64,000 nucleotides of DNA, taken from NCBI GenBank assembly GCA_020852375.1, contig JADZAY010000019.1, forward strand, positions 15,319-79,318, read 5' to 3'. The DNA comes from Candidatus Yanofskybacteria bacterium (GTDB lineage Bacteria; Patescibacteriota; Minisyncoccia; 2-02-FULL-40-12; GWA2-44-9). The notes beneath the pieces are model-generated. The model was given only the letters and a program-made list of their open reading frames with translations, ran no database searches and was not told the DNA's origin. Below, one piece after another: positions 9,172-17,883 of the stretch. A program made the translations under genes and the position numbers. Position 1 is the first letter of the stretch; each line of letters begins with the position of its first letter.

Positions 9172-9300
9172 ATGGCGAAACGATATGGAGCGATGGGTCG
9201 GAACGCTACAAAGCGCCGATCGCACCCTCGAAAGACGGCAAAGCGATTGGCCGCGAAGCGGGCAACGCTCGCCAGCCGTTCAGCAAAGAAAAAGCGATAA
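9172..9300 (+). CDS. small highly basic protein (42 aa), not in ORF track
   Basis: MAKRYGAMGRNATKRRSHPRKTAKRLAAKRATLASRSAKKKR*. Fills the intergenic gap, with a TG-GATAAT box upstream and a terminator directly downstream. Confidence 0.7.
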   Translation: MAKRYGAMGRNATKRRSHPRKTAKRLAAKRATLASRSAKKKR

Positions 9301-9311
9301 TCTCCCTTCTC

Positions 9312-9340
9312 ACACAGAGCCCTTCGGGGTTCTGTGTGTT
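9312..9340 (+). terminator. terminator hairpin
   Basis: ACACAGAGCCC-ttcg-GGGTTCTGTGT. A second hairpin, CTCCCC-tttgc-GGGGAG, at about 9351-9367 serves the convergent gene. Confidence 0.7.
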
Positions 9341-9367
9341 ACGACAAAAACTCCCCTTTGCGGGGAG

Positions 9368-9640
9368 CTAAAATGCTCGGTGAGGGCCCTCATGGTGTTC
9401 TGGCAGGGAGCAGGTGAGGCGAATGTAGCCCGAGAGTCCGATGGGCTGTCCGCAGCGGTGCCACGGGGAGAGCGGCGTAGCAGCGGCGATGATCTCGTTG
9501 AGCTTTTGGCGAAGCTGTTCGCCGGTGATAGATTTTGAGCCACGGCAGACGGGGCAGAAAGTGCGCCCCGACAGCATGCCATCTTCAAGTCCGTCGGGAA
9601 TCCATCCCACGCCTCTGCATTCGTAGCAGCGGAAGCGCAT
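9368..9640 (-). CDS. small zinc-finger protein (CxxCxGxG type)
   Basis: CYECRGVG…CPVCRGS…HRC…CSLPEHHEGPH. GAGGAGG SD and TTGCAC-17-TACCGT promoter. Confidence 0.7.
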   Translation of the reverse strand: MRFRCYECRGVGWIPDGLEDGMLSGRTFCPVCRGSKSITGEQLRQKLNEIIAAATPLSPWHRCGQPIGLSGYIRLTCSLPEHHEGPHRAF

Positions 9641-9737
9641 GTGCGTCCTCCTCGTATGAACTTCGCCAACGGTACCAGCCCCGCGTGAGGGGTGCAAGGT
9701 CGGTTGTATTGCTGTATAGGAGGAGTACGGTGCGGGT

Positions 9738-9953
9738 ATGAGCCGTATTCGTCGCTGGTTTCTCTATATTACGAACAACGAGGAAATCTCCCGGCACGAG
9801 GAGCTGTTCGATATCCTCTTTTTCATCATCAATACTGCGGCGCTCGTGTTCGGTGTCGTCATGTTCATCGTCCACGACGAGCCCCAATGGATACCCGTGT
9901 TGGTCATTGAATACAGTTGGGCGCTTGATAACATGCGCCACAACCGTCCGTAG
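9738..9953 (+). CDS. small membrane protein (71 aa); target of the 3'-end duplication
   Basis: AGGAGGAG SD and hydrophobic segments. The last 50 nt are repeated at 26552-26601. Confidence 0.75.
   Translation: MSRIRRWFLYITNNEEISRHEELFDILFFIINTAALVFGVVMFIVHDEPQWIPVLVIEYSWALDNMRHNRP
9904..9953 (+). repeat. direct repeat, left copy
   Basis: TCATTGAATACAGTTGGGCGCTTGATAACATGCGCCACAACCGTCCGTAG; 46/50 identical to 26552-26601. Confidence 0.9.
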
Positions 9954-9991
9954 CTATGGGGGGCGTGTTGCGTGTGATACAATAGAGGCAT

Positions 9992-11560
9992 ATGCCTTGG
10001 AGGGTGCGTGTTTCACGAATCCGGTGGCTGTCTTTTTGGCAACGCGCCAAGGAGTACTGCTCAAAGCGGAGATTTCTCTCTACTACGAAGAGAGGTGCCT
10101 TGAGCGTCTTAGTGGTTGCGCTGGCTGCAACCCAGACGACCATTGTGCACGCGGGGGTTTCGTATTACTACTCACCGCTGTGCCTTGGGAGTCTGGTGAA
10201 TTCTCGGTATGCGGAGGGCCCGCCCGAAACGGGAGGTGATCCGGCGCAGTTCACGGGGGAAAATTCTGCGCAGGTTCAGAACACGAGCGGCCAAATATAC
10301 TGTGGGAGATTCGCGTCTTCCGACGCTCCGTCCGGTGATGTCCGATCTATTGCTCTTCGCATTGCGGCCACTACATCTGATGCTCTTCGCGGAACTCCTC
10401 CGGTCGAGGTTTTCGACGGGACGACCCTAGATGGATTTGATGCGAGCGGAGTTTTTATACCGCCCCAGGAGACCGACTCCGCTCCAGAAGGGGAGTCTCC
10501 CGTCGCATCAGGATCTGAGGCGCCGGCGCTCGTTCCGGTTGAGGAGCCGTCTCCGATTGCAACCTCGTCTCTTCCCGAAGAGACGCCGCTCTCGATCGAG
10601 CCGGTCGTCCTTGATCCAGTCATTTCGCCATTCGAGTCTCCTGTGCCATCAGATACCGCGCAGCCACCAGCAGCTTCTCCGTTCGTGGAGGAGCCCGCAG
10701 TCGTACCGACCCAAGAGCCCGTCCTAGAGCCCGAGCCCGCCCCAGAGCCGTCAGCGTTTTTGAAGTGGCTGTTTCCGGTAGCTCATGCGGGAGAGATCGC
10801 ATCCGATTCTGCGAGCTTGGACGAGGTCTTTACTGTGCGATATTCGATCGACGGAGCAACATGGATCCCGGCAGGTTCGGTGAAGAGGGGCCAGACGAGC
10901 GATATCCGCTTCGATCTCCCCACTGAGGCGTTCGAAGCCCTTGATAATTTCCAGGTTGCCATTTTCACCGGTCTTGGTCTTGAGACCTCAACGCTCTACG
11001 TTGATAGTATCTGGCTTGAGGTCGAATATGACTCTCCAATTGTTTCGTTCATCGGGGATGTCGCCGCGACGATCGTCGATGCGATCATCCCGGAAGAGGC
11101 GCCCTCCACTTCCGCGGATGCACTAGCGACTCCAACCCCGACGCCGAAGGTGAAGCGACTGGTTTGGGAGTTCGGTTCCTTGGGGAGCGAGGTCTCGACC
11201 GAGCAGGAGCTTCCCTGGTATCCCTCCGGAGCCTCGAGCGCCGACGCTTCCGGACCTGCCAAGGGTGAGCTGCGTATCTCCGGTGACCACATTTCCTTGA
11301 GTGGATCGTGCACCGAGACGCACTTTGTTGTGCTGGTGTTTCGTGGAAAAGAAGACTATGTGCGCGACCCGGCGTCTGCGCTTTACAACGCGGCACTTCC
11401 GTGCGACAGTGGATTACTTTCGTACGAGATGAGCTCGCTTCCGGTGCCGATAGAGGACGGAACGTATTGGCTTATGATCGGCCAGCAGGGCCGTGGTCCG
11501 TGGGAGCCGATCAGCTCGCTGTATCCGGTTCGCATCACCGTGCGAGAGGTTGAGGAGTAA
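9992..11560 (+). CDS. secreted/anchored acidic Pro-rich surface protein
   Basis: N-terminal hydrophobic segment and PE/PS-rich linker. The C-terminal domain is homologous to 16078-16554. Confidence 0.8.
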   Translation: MPWRVRVSRIRWLSFWQRAKEYCSKRRFLSTTKRGALSVLVVALAATQTTIVHAGVSYYYSPLCLGSLVNSRYAEGPPETGGDPAQFTGENSAQVQNTSGQIYCGRFASSDAPSGDVRSIALRIAATTSDALRGTPPVEVFDGTTLDGFDASGVFIPPQETDSAPEGESPVASGSEAPALVPVEEPSPIATSSLPEETPLSIEPVVLDPVISPFESPVPSDTAQPPAASPFVEEPAVVPTQEPVLEPEPAPEPSAFLKWLFPVAHAGEIASDSASLDEVFTVRYSIDGATWIPAGSVKRGQTSDIRFDLPTEAFEALDNFQVAIFTGLGLETSTLYVDSIWLEVEYDSPIVSFIGDVAATIVDAIIPEEAPSTSADALATPTPTPKVKRLVWEFGSLGSEVSTEQELPWYPSGASSADASGPAKGELRISGDHISLSGSCTETHFVVLVFRGKEDYVRDPASALYNAALPCDSGLLSYEMSSLPVPIEDGTYWLMIGQQGRGPWEPISSLYPVRITVREVEE

Positions 11561-11569
11561 CGTTGCGAC

Positions 11570-12202
11570 ATGATCGTCTCAAAGCAGCTCGAACGAATGA
11601 ACGCGGTGGTCGTATTTCGGAGTGACGGGTTTTCTGTCCCCGATAATGCGGCATTCTCGGCGCTGTATCCCGGTCCCGCCGGGAAGGGGATGCGATTCGT
11701 TGAGGATCAGATCACGCGAACGTCCGTGCTGAGCGTTCCGTCGTTGCGACTTGTTTTCGCGGTTGAGGGGAATCGCTTTCGAGTCGACGACGATTCGGGT
11801 CAGGATCCCGGATCGAGCCCGCTACCTGATCATTTCCGGCAAGCTCTCGAAGGGCTCTTTCCTGGGGCGCGTCCGGAAAGCTACGGGTTTAATTTTGATG
11901 TGTACTTCCGTTTCGGGTCGGTTCTTCCGAGCGGTGCAGTATTTCGCTCTTTTGTGAGCGACGAGATCTTTCGCGAACGAGATCTACGCGATGTCGGTGT
12001 TCAGTTCACGATGGAGCGAAATGGCGGCGCGCAGCGCGAGACCTATTTCATAAAATTTGTCGATCCGCTCGAGATCGCGGTGCACGCGAATATCCATGTG
12101 CCGTCTGAGGATATACCGAGCAGTGACGGGCTTCGAGCTCGGTTGGCAGCGGCGTACAATGATATCGAAGGAGTTGTGAATACGCTCAAGCTAAACGCAT
12201 GA
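11570..12202 (+). CDS. hypothetical protein
   Basis: 210-aa ORF in operon context; ATGA overlap with the next gene. Confidence 0.7.
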   Translation: MIVSKQLERMNAVVVFRSDGFSVPDNAAFSALYPGPAGKGMRFVEDQITRTSVLSVPSLRLVFAVEGNRFRVDDDSGQDPGSSPLPDHFRQALEGLFPGARPESYGFNFDVYFRFGSVLPSGAVFRSFVSDEIFRERDLRDVGVQFTMERNGGAQRETYFIKFVDPLEIAVHANIHVPSEDIPSSDGLRARLAAAYNDIEGVVNTLKLNA

Positions 12203-13773
12203 CCATCACTTCTCGCGGCGTCACGTTGAATCGCAGGCGGTGGGGGGCGATCGGGCTCCTGTTCCTTATTGCGGTCGAGGGGATTCTTTCCCTGTTCCTT
12301 GTACTTTCACTTGCCGCAGATGCACTTTTTCCTCAAGGGGCGCGTGCCGCGGTGGGGGTAAGTCGCAAGCTTTCCTATCAAGGGAGACTCACCGACTTGA
12401 GCGGAACTGCGCTTGGAGGTAGCTCGGGGACGAACTACTGCTTCCGGTTCCGGATCTACGACGCCGCCACCGGCGGGAGTCAGGTGTGGCCGCTGGGTGG
12501 CGCTACGCCTGCATCGACCACCGTGAAGGTGAAAGACGGGATTTTTGCGACTGCGATCGGAGATGCGAACGTGCTGAACTACGACTTTACCGCGAACGAC
12601 ACGTTGTATCTTCAAGTGGAGGTGAATAATACGCCGACCACGTGCAGTGGCAGCTGGGAGACTCTTGATGTGCGCCAGCGCCTCGATGCCGTCGCGTATG
12701 CTCGTACTGCTGAATTCGTATACTCTGACCTGCTTCGCGTCGCCTCGGGGTCCGCTGCGGTTCAGATCGGGACCGGCGCAGGGCAGGCAACGCCGATCTT
12801 CTTGGGCTTGGATGTGAAGAACACTGATGAGGCGGTCGGGGCTTCGTGCACCACGAATGGGCGGCTGTGGTACAACTCATCTGATTCTCGGGCACGGGTG
12901 TGCCAAGGCGGGATCATTCAAGATATTGTTGACGGTCTTTTGGTTCGGGACGAGGGTGTCGACCAGGGGCGCGCATCGACGGCCCTCGATTTTACCGGTG
13001 GTGGCGTTTCGGCGTCTCGTGGCGCCGGGGGAGTTATCAATGTGAACATTCCGGTGGGGAGCCTAAGCGGGGGGACCACGCGAGCGACGCTTGGTGAGAT
13101 CGTTTTCTCGAACGCGAACGGCGTCTCGTTCGGTGTGAACGGCCAGACCATCACGGCGAGCGTGAACGCGGGCGGCGGTGGAGGGGGGTTCCGCGAATAT
13201 GCGGCGACGAACATGCAGTCATGGAACTCTGCATATTGGGCGGTTGGAGCGAATACGACGCATAGTACGGTTCTGGTTGCCCCTCTTCAGATTCGCGGCT
13301 CCGTTTCCGTAAAGACGCTTGGGTTTATGCTGTCCAGAAGTAGTGGCACAACATTGGCACATACGCTCTATGCGGGAGTGTATTCATTAAATGGAAGTAC
13401 GCTTTCGCTTATCAGCTCAACATCCGGGAACTTCAGTCTTTCAACAACTGCACAATGGGCCGCGGCGCGTATGTACCAACTGACCGGATTGAGCGGCCTC
13501 GAGCTGACCCCTGGTCAGTACTGGGTTGCCGTCCGCGCGGCTGTTACGAGCGGCTCCATTCATCTCTTGGGACGAGCGAGTGCGTCGGGGAACTTTTCAG
13601 GGAGAGTCCTGCCGGGAACGAATAGCTCCGCTACGAATTCATCAGTACAGTGGTTTCCGGGTCAGGGTTGGTTTTCCTCAGGGGCCCTCCCGAACTCCAT
13701 GGCGCTTTCAAACATCAACAACGCCGGGACGCTCGGGCGCGGAGCTCCGTTCATAACGATCACCGAAATATAG
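12199..13773 (+). CDS. membrane-anchored tail-fibre-like adhesin
   Basis: N-terminal TM, then an LSYQGRLTD…FRIYDAATGG…LYLQVEV…RQRLDAVAYA head domain, and a Gly/Ser/Thr-rich beta C-terminus. Confidence 0.75.
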   Translation: MTITSRGVTLNRRRWGAIGLLFLIAVEGILSLFLVLSLAADALFPQGARAAVGVSRKLSYQGRLTDLSGTALGGSSGTNYCFRFRIYDAATGGSQVWPLGGATPASTTVKVKDGIFATAIGDANVLNYDFTANDTLYLQVEVNNTPTTCSGSWETLDVRQRLDAVAYARTAEFVYSDLLRVASGSAAVQIGTGAGQATPIFLGLDVKNTDEAVGASCTTNGRLWYNSSDSRARVCQGGIIQDIVDGLLVRDEGVDQGRASTALDFTGGGVSASRGAGGVINVNIPVGSLSGGTTRATLGEIVFSNANGVSFGVNGQTITASVNAGGGGGGFREYAATNMQSWNSAYWAVGANTTHSTVLVAPLQIRGSVSVKTLGFMLSRSSGTTLAHTLYAGVYSLNGSTLSLISSTSGNFSLSTTAQWAAARMYQLTGLSGLELTPGQYWVAVRAAVTSGSIHLLGRASASGNFSGRVLPGTNSSATNSSVQWFPGQGWFSSGALPNSMALSNINNAGTLGRGAPFITITEI

Positions 13774-13774
13774 G

Positions 13775-14587
13775 ATGGACGATCATCATGTTCGAATTCA
13801 TCGTTTGGACGACGTGCTCAAGGACGCATACCATGAGCGGGTCGCCTACAACGCGATGCCGCGCGGTGAGCACTTCCGAGATCTCTCCACGGTCATTATT
13901 ACGGCGGTTCGCGGCGATCGGAGAGAGACGAGGAGTATGAATTGTCCGAAGTGCAATCACCTAATCACCTATGAGCACTTCAGTTCGAACGGGTTCCATC
14001 CGATGGTCGTGGAGTCATGGAAGCGTATGATTCGTCCCATGAACCAGCCTATCGTCGAGGTGGTTTCTTCGGGGTATGAGGTCGGCGACGCCTACGAACA
14101 CTCCATTGAGGCGGTTCTGAACAATCCCGATCTTGCGAAATTCAAGTACATTCTCTTTATTGAGGACGATATGATCATCCCGTGGATGCCTGGTACGCGT
14201 GGCCCTTTGTTCGAGCTGTATCGGCATATGGATACTTACGATGTTGCCGGGGCACTGTATTGGACGAAGGGCGAGGTTTCCATGCCGCTTATTTTTGGTG
14301 ACCCTGCTCGCGGTACGGATAACTACGAGGCGCTTACGAATTGGGATTCGGGGGATGTGGTCGAGTGTAACGGTACCGGCATGGGATTTACGCTTTTCAA
14401 GATGGATTTGTTCAAGGACGCGCGCGTTGACCGTCCCTGGTTCCATACACTTCAGAATGTGGACGAGGGTGGAATGACGCAGGACCTGTATTTCTATCGA
14501 AAGATTCGGAGGCTGGGGTATCGTATTTGTGTTGACACATCGATCAAGTGCGGGCATCTCGATGTGAGAACGGGGCAGGTGTATTGA
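13775..14587 (+). CDS. GT-A fold (GT2-like) glycosyltransferase
   Basis: YILFIEDDM (DxD-like), GTGMGFTLF, TQDLYFYRK and VDTSIKCGH motifs. Confidence 0.8.
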   Translation: MDDHHVRIHRLDDVLKDAYHERVAYNAMPRGEHFRDLSTVIITAVRGDRRETRSMNCPKCNHLITYEHFSSNGFHPMVVESWKRMIRPMNQPIVEVVSSGYEVGDAYEHSIEAVLNNPDLAKFKYILFIEDDMIIPWMPGTRGPLFELYRHMDTYDVAGALYWTKGEVSMPLIFGDPARGTDNYEALTNWDSGDVVECNGTGMGFTLFKMDLFKDARVDRPWFHTLQNVDEGGMTQDLYFYRKIRRLGYRICVDTSIKCGHLDVRTGQVY

Positions 14588-14588
14588 T

Positions 14589-15563
14589 ATGGCGCGATCG
14601 CATAACCTAATCCTTCTCGCGGCGCTCGGGGGCATATTGGGTGTTGGTCTTGTCGCGCTCGCCGCGCAAAATCGTTCGTTGCGCAGTCAGCTTGCGGCGC
14701 ACAGCGCCTCTAGCTCGTTTGAGCTTTTGAATCCGGTGAAGGCGCTGAAGATCAATCGGCACTTCATCATCGACTTCTCTGATCTTCGAAAGAGCTTCGA
14801 TCGAATTGTGAAGAAGTATCCCCAGAAAACGTACCTCTATTTCATGTATCTGAGCAATGGTGGCTGGGTTGGAGTGAACGAGCGGGATCAATTTGTTGCG
14901 GCGAGCCTCATCAAAGTTCCGCTCGCGATGGCATTCTATAAGGCGGTGGAAGATGGCCGTATCAATCTTTCCCAGGAATACGCACTCGCGGAGACCGATC
15001 TTGATGATGGATTCGGTGATCTGTATAAAGTCGGTGCCGGTAAGAGCTATTCCGCTCGTGACCTGCTCCGCATCATACTGTCTCGTTCGGATAACACCGC
15101 CATGCGCGCCGTGACGACTCTTCTGCGGAGGGTTGGTATCGATGATCCGCTCAGTGATGTGTACGCCGAGTTGGGGTGGGAGGTGTTGCCTCCGCTGGTC
15201 GCAAATGGAGATGCTTCGGGCATTAATTATTCGGAGATCAGTGTGAAAGTGCTCTCGAATATGCTTCTCGCACTCTATAATGCTACCTATATCAGCAGCG
15301 AACACTCGCAGGAGATCCTCAAGGATCTGAGCGAATCAGAATTTAATGATTCGATTCCTGGGGGGGTTCCCAATGGCACTATTGTTGCGCACAAGATAGG
15401 GGCTTCGGCAAATGACCAGACATTCTCCGACTGTGGCATCGTGTATGTTCCCGGAAGACCCTATCTCCTGTGTCTTGGCTCGAACGGAGGAGATCAGGAT
15501 CGGGCGAACCGTTTCATGGCGGAGGTTTCACGCGCGGTATTCGATTTTGTTACTACCCACTAA
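14589..15563 (+). CDS. membrane-anchored class A beta-lactamase-like serine hydrolase
   Basis: SxxK (ASLIK), SDN and HKIG motifs; N-terminal TM. Confidence 0.85.
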   Translation: MARSHNLILLAALGGILGVGLVALAAQNRSLRSQLAAHSASSSFELLNPVKALKINRHFIIDFSDLRKSFDRIVKKYPQKTYLYFMYLSNGGWVGVNERDQFVAASLIKVPLAMAFYKAVEDGRINLSQEYALAETDLDDGFGDLYKVGAGKSYSARDLLRIILSRSDNTAMRAVTTLLRRVGIDDPLSDVYAELGWEVLPPLVANGDASGINYSEISVKVLSNMLLALYNATYISSEHSQEILKDLSESEFNDSIPGGVPNGTIVAHKIGASANDQTFSDCGIVYVPGRPYLLCLGSNGGDQDRANRFMAEVSRAVFDFVTTH

Positions 15564-15566
15564 TCT

Positions 15567-16076
15567 ATGAAGCTTGATCTTGCGTGCGGACAGCAAAAGC
15601 GGCCGGGATTTCACGGTGTCGATATCACTCCTGGTTCCGGAGTTGATACGGTGTGGGATCTGGAGCGTTTTCCGTGGGAACCGTTTGCGGACAACTCGGT
15701 CGAGGAGATCCATGTGTCTCACTATGTGGAGCATACGAAGGACCTCATGAAGTTCATGGATGAGGTGTGGCGGATCGCCGCACCGGATGCGAAGGTGACC
15801 ATCGTGGGTCCGTACTACACCAGTATTCGTGCATGGCAGGATCCCACCCACACGCGGGCGATCTCGGAGGCGACCTGGGCATACTTCAACAAGGACTGGA
15901 GGGTCGCGAATAAGCTCGATCACTATCCCATTCGTTCCCATTTTGCCATCGACCGAATTTTGACGTTCTTCAACCCGCCGTGGGACAAGAAGAGCGATGA
16001 GGCAAAGCAGTTCGCCCAGCAGCATTACTTCAATGTGGTTTCAGACATTCTGGTCGAACTTCGCGCAATCAAATAG
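15567..16076 (+). CDS. class I SAM-dependent methyltransferase (type 11-like)
   Basis: KLDLACG, GVDI, PFADNSVEEI, EH and DPTH motifs. Confidence 0.85.
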   Translation: MKLDLACGQQKRPGFHGVDITPGSGVDTVWDLERFPWEPFADNSVEEIHVSHYVEHTKDLMKFMDEVWRIAAPDAKVTIVGPYYTSIRAWQDPTHTRAISEATWAYFNKDWRVANKLDHYPIRSHFAIDRILTFFNPPWDKKSDEAKQFAQQHYFNVVSDILVELRAIK

Positions 16077-16077
16077 C

Positions 16078-16554
16078 ATGCGGCGACACATTGGGCGTGT
16101 CGTGGTGCTTTGCGTCGCGCTTGTGATCGTTTTTGCGGTGTTGCGTGGTGAGCATGACGACGGCGCGTCCCAGGAGCTTCGAGGGTTCGCTATCCGGCCT
16201 CTGGCGCAGGGATTCAGTCTCGGGGGTGAGGATGGTGGTCGGAAATCAGTTCTCCACGACATTCTTTCGGGATATCCCGAACCCGCGAAATTCCGCTCCG
16301 TCGACATTCCTGGCGGGTCGTTTGCGATCGCAGAGTCCTGTCGAGACGCTTATATCGCTGTTATCCTCTATGCTCGGAAGATCGATTACCGAAAGGAGCC
16401 GGCAGCGGCCGCGCTTAATCAGGCATATCCCTGCACGCCCGGGAAGCGTTTCGTGATAACTGTGGACGCGGAGTCGTATGGACTTCGTGCGGGGACATAT
16501 TATATTGTCGTAGCCGATCAGGGTGTTTCCGGTGCTTGGTACAATCCTCGATAA
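16078..16554 (+). CDS. membrane-anchored hypothetical protein, paralog of the 9992 C-terminal domain
   Basis: N-terminal TM; SC..Y…DYRKEPAAA..N.A.PC…GTYYIVVADQG. Confidence 0.7.
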   Translation: MRRHIGRVVVLCVALVIVFAVLRGEHDDGASQELRGFAIRPLAQGFSLGGEDGGRKSVLHDILSGYPEPAKFRSVDIPGGSFAIAESCRDAYIAVILYARKIDYRKEPAAAALNQAYPCTPGKRFVITVDAESYGLRAGTYYIVVADQGVSGAWYNPR

Positions 16555-16563
16555 ATACGCATC

Positions 16564-17022
16564 ATGAAAGCTGTCACTATTCGAATGCCAACGATGAGTC
16601 AGCTGCGGAGTATGTTTTTGATCGGTGCTGCTGTCTTGGGTGCGATTTTTTTCCTTCTGCCCGCCGCTCAGCGCTTTGTATCGGTGCGTGCAGAAACGCT
16701 TCGTGGTTGGCAGGCCGTATATCTGGTGAATGGGGACCTGTATATCGGGCGCATTCGATCGCTTGATGACAGGAGCCTTGAGCTGAAAGACGCATACTAT
16801 GTTTCACTCGGGTCGAATGATGGTGGACCGGGGCAGGCCGCAAGCGTAAAGCTGCAGAGCGGCGAATTCCGGACGGTGTCGCTTGTTCGGTGGGGGTTTA
16901 GCCAGCCGCTGGTCTCCTTTGGGGTGCTGCAGATCGAGCGATCATCAGTGCTTTTTTGGGAATCGCTGAGCGGTGATGCGGAAGTGGTGAAACAGGTCGA
17001 AGAGGCTCGGAAAAAACAGTAA
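16564..17022 (+). CDS. membrane-anchored hypothetical protein (WQAVxLxNG family)
   Basis: TM followed by WQAVYLVNGDLYIG…LKDAYY…I.RSSVLFWESL. Confidence 0.75.
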   Translation: MKAVTIRMPTMSQLRSMFLIGAAVLGAIFFLLPAAQRFVSVRAETLRGWQAVYLVNGDLYIGRIRSLDDRSLELKDAYYVSLGSNDGGPGQAASVKLQSGEFRTVSLVRWGFSQPLVSFGVLQIERSSVLFWESLSGDAEVVKQVEEARKKQ

Positions 17023-17049
17023 GCTCCATTTCGTGTATACTGGAGGCAC

Positions 17050-17883
17050 ATGAGTCTTTTTGCGCGCACGGGTCTTATTCTACAGGGAGTTGCCATTTTT
17101 GCCTGCCTAATACTGGTGCTCGCGTGGCTTGTTCCCGATGATGCTCTCGGGTACATCGCGAGTTCCTCCTCGTTCATTCTTTTCGGAGGTGGAGTTGATA
17201 GCATCGCTGGGACGGGGTCTTCGTCGACGTTTTTCAATACGAGTGCGGGCGGCCAGGCTGTTGCAGGAGTCGCATCATCCTCATCGTTCATTGCATGTAA
17301 GGGCGCATTGTGCGATCAGCCGGCTGCCGGCACTCCCACGTCATTGACCCTTACCATCGAATCCGGCGGGACGGTGAGCTTCGGGACGCTGGGCTTTCAG
17401 TCCCGTGTGACCCGGACGACAAATCTCCGTATAGACACCACGAATGCAACGGGGTACCAGTTGAGTGCCGGGAGACAGCGTGCGATCGCAAACGTGACCC
17501 TTGCGTCAAGCGCGAATCCGGGGAGCGTCTACATTGACGATATCGGGGGCGGCATCGATGTGTTCGGTGGCCTTGGCGGTTCATGCGGTGCCGCGCAGTG
17601 GCCAGCTGCGTCGGGAGCCTCGACCGGTCTCGGGTTTACCGTATGGGCGGCGAGCATCAATAAAGACACGACGTGCTGGGGGGCCGGATCGACCGAAAGC
17701 GCGATCGAAAACCGCTATGCGGCATTGCAGGCGTCATCGGCTGCATCCGCATTCTTGAGCGCGACTTCGAATAGTCCGAACCCCTCATTTGCATCGGTGG
17801 GCTATAGCCTTGAGATCACGCAGCTTCAGCAGGCGACAGGGTATAGTGGGCAGGTCATCTTTACGGGAACGACTGCTCCATGA
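17050..17883 (+). CDS. secreted WxL/pilin-like beta-rich subunit (paralog A)
   Basis: N-terminal hydrophobic segment; C-terminus ATGYSGQVIFTGTTAP; shares long motifs with 20191-20958. Confidence 0.7.
   Translation: MSLFARTGLILQGVAIFACLILVLAWLVPDDALGYIASSSSFILFGGGVDSIAGTGSSSTFFNTSAGGQAVAGVASSSSFIACKGALCDQPAAGTPTSLTLTIESGGTVSFGTLGFQSRVTRTTNLRIDTTNATGYQLSAGRQRAIANVTLASSANPGSVYIDDIGGGIDVFGGLGGSCGAAQWPAASGASTGLGFTVWAASINKDTTCWGAGSTESAIENRYAALQASSAASAFLSATSNSPNPSFASVGYSLEITQLQQATGYSGQVIFTGTTAP

Noticed and set aside
9913-9945. Integron attC site (GTTGGGC…CAAC)
   Set aside because: The core sites are in the wrong order and too close together. There is no cassette array or intI.
14589-15563. Bona fide antibiotic-resistance beta-lactamase
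   Set aside because: The class A omega-loop ExxLN motif is not evident. A membrane-anchored PBP-like hydrolase is more likely.
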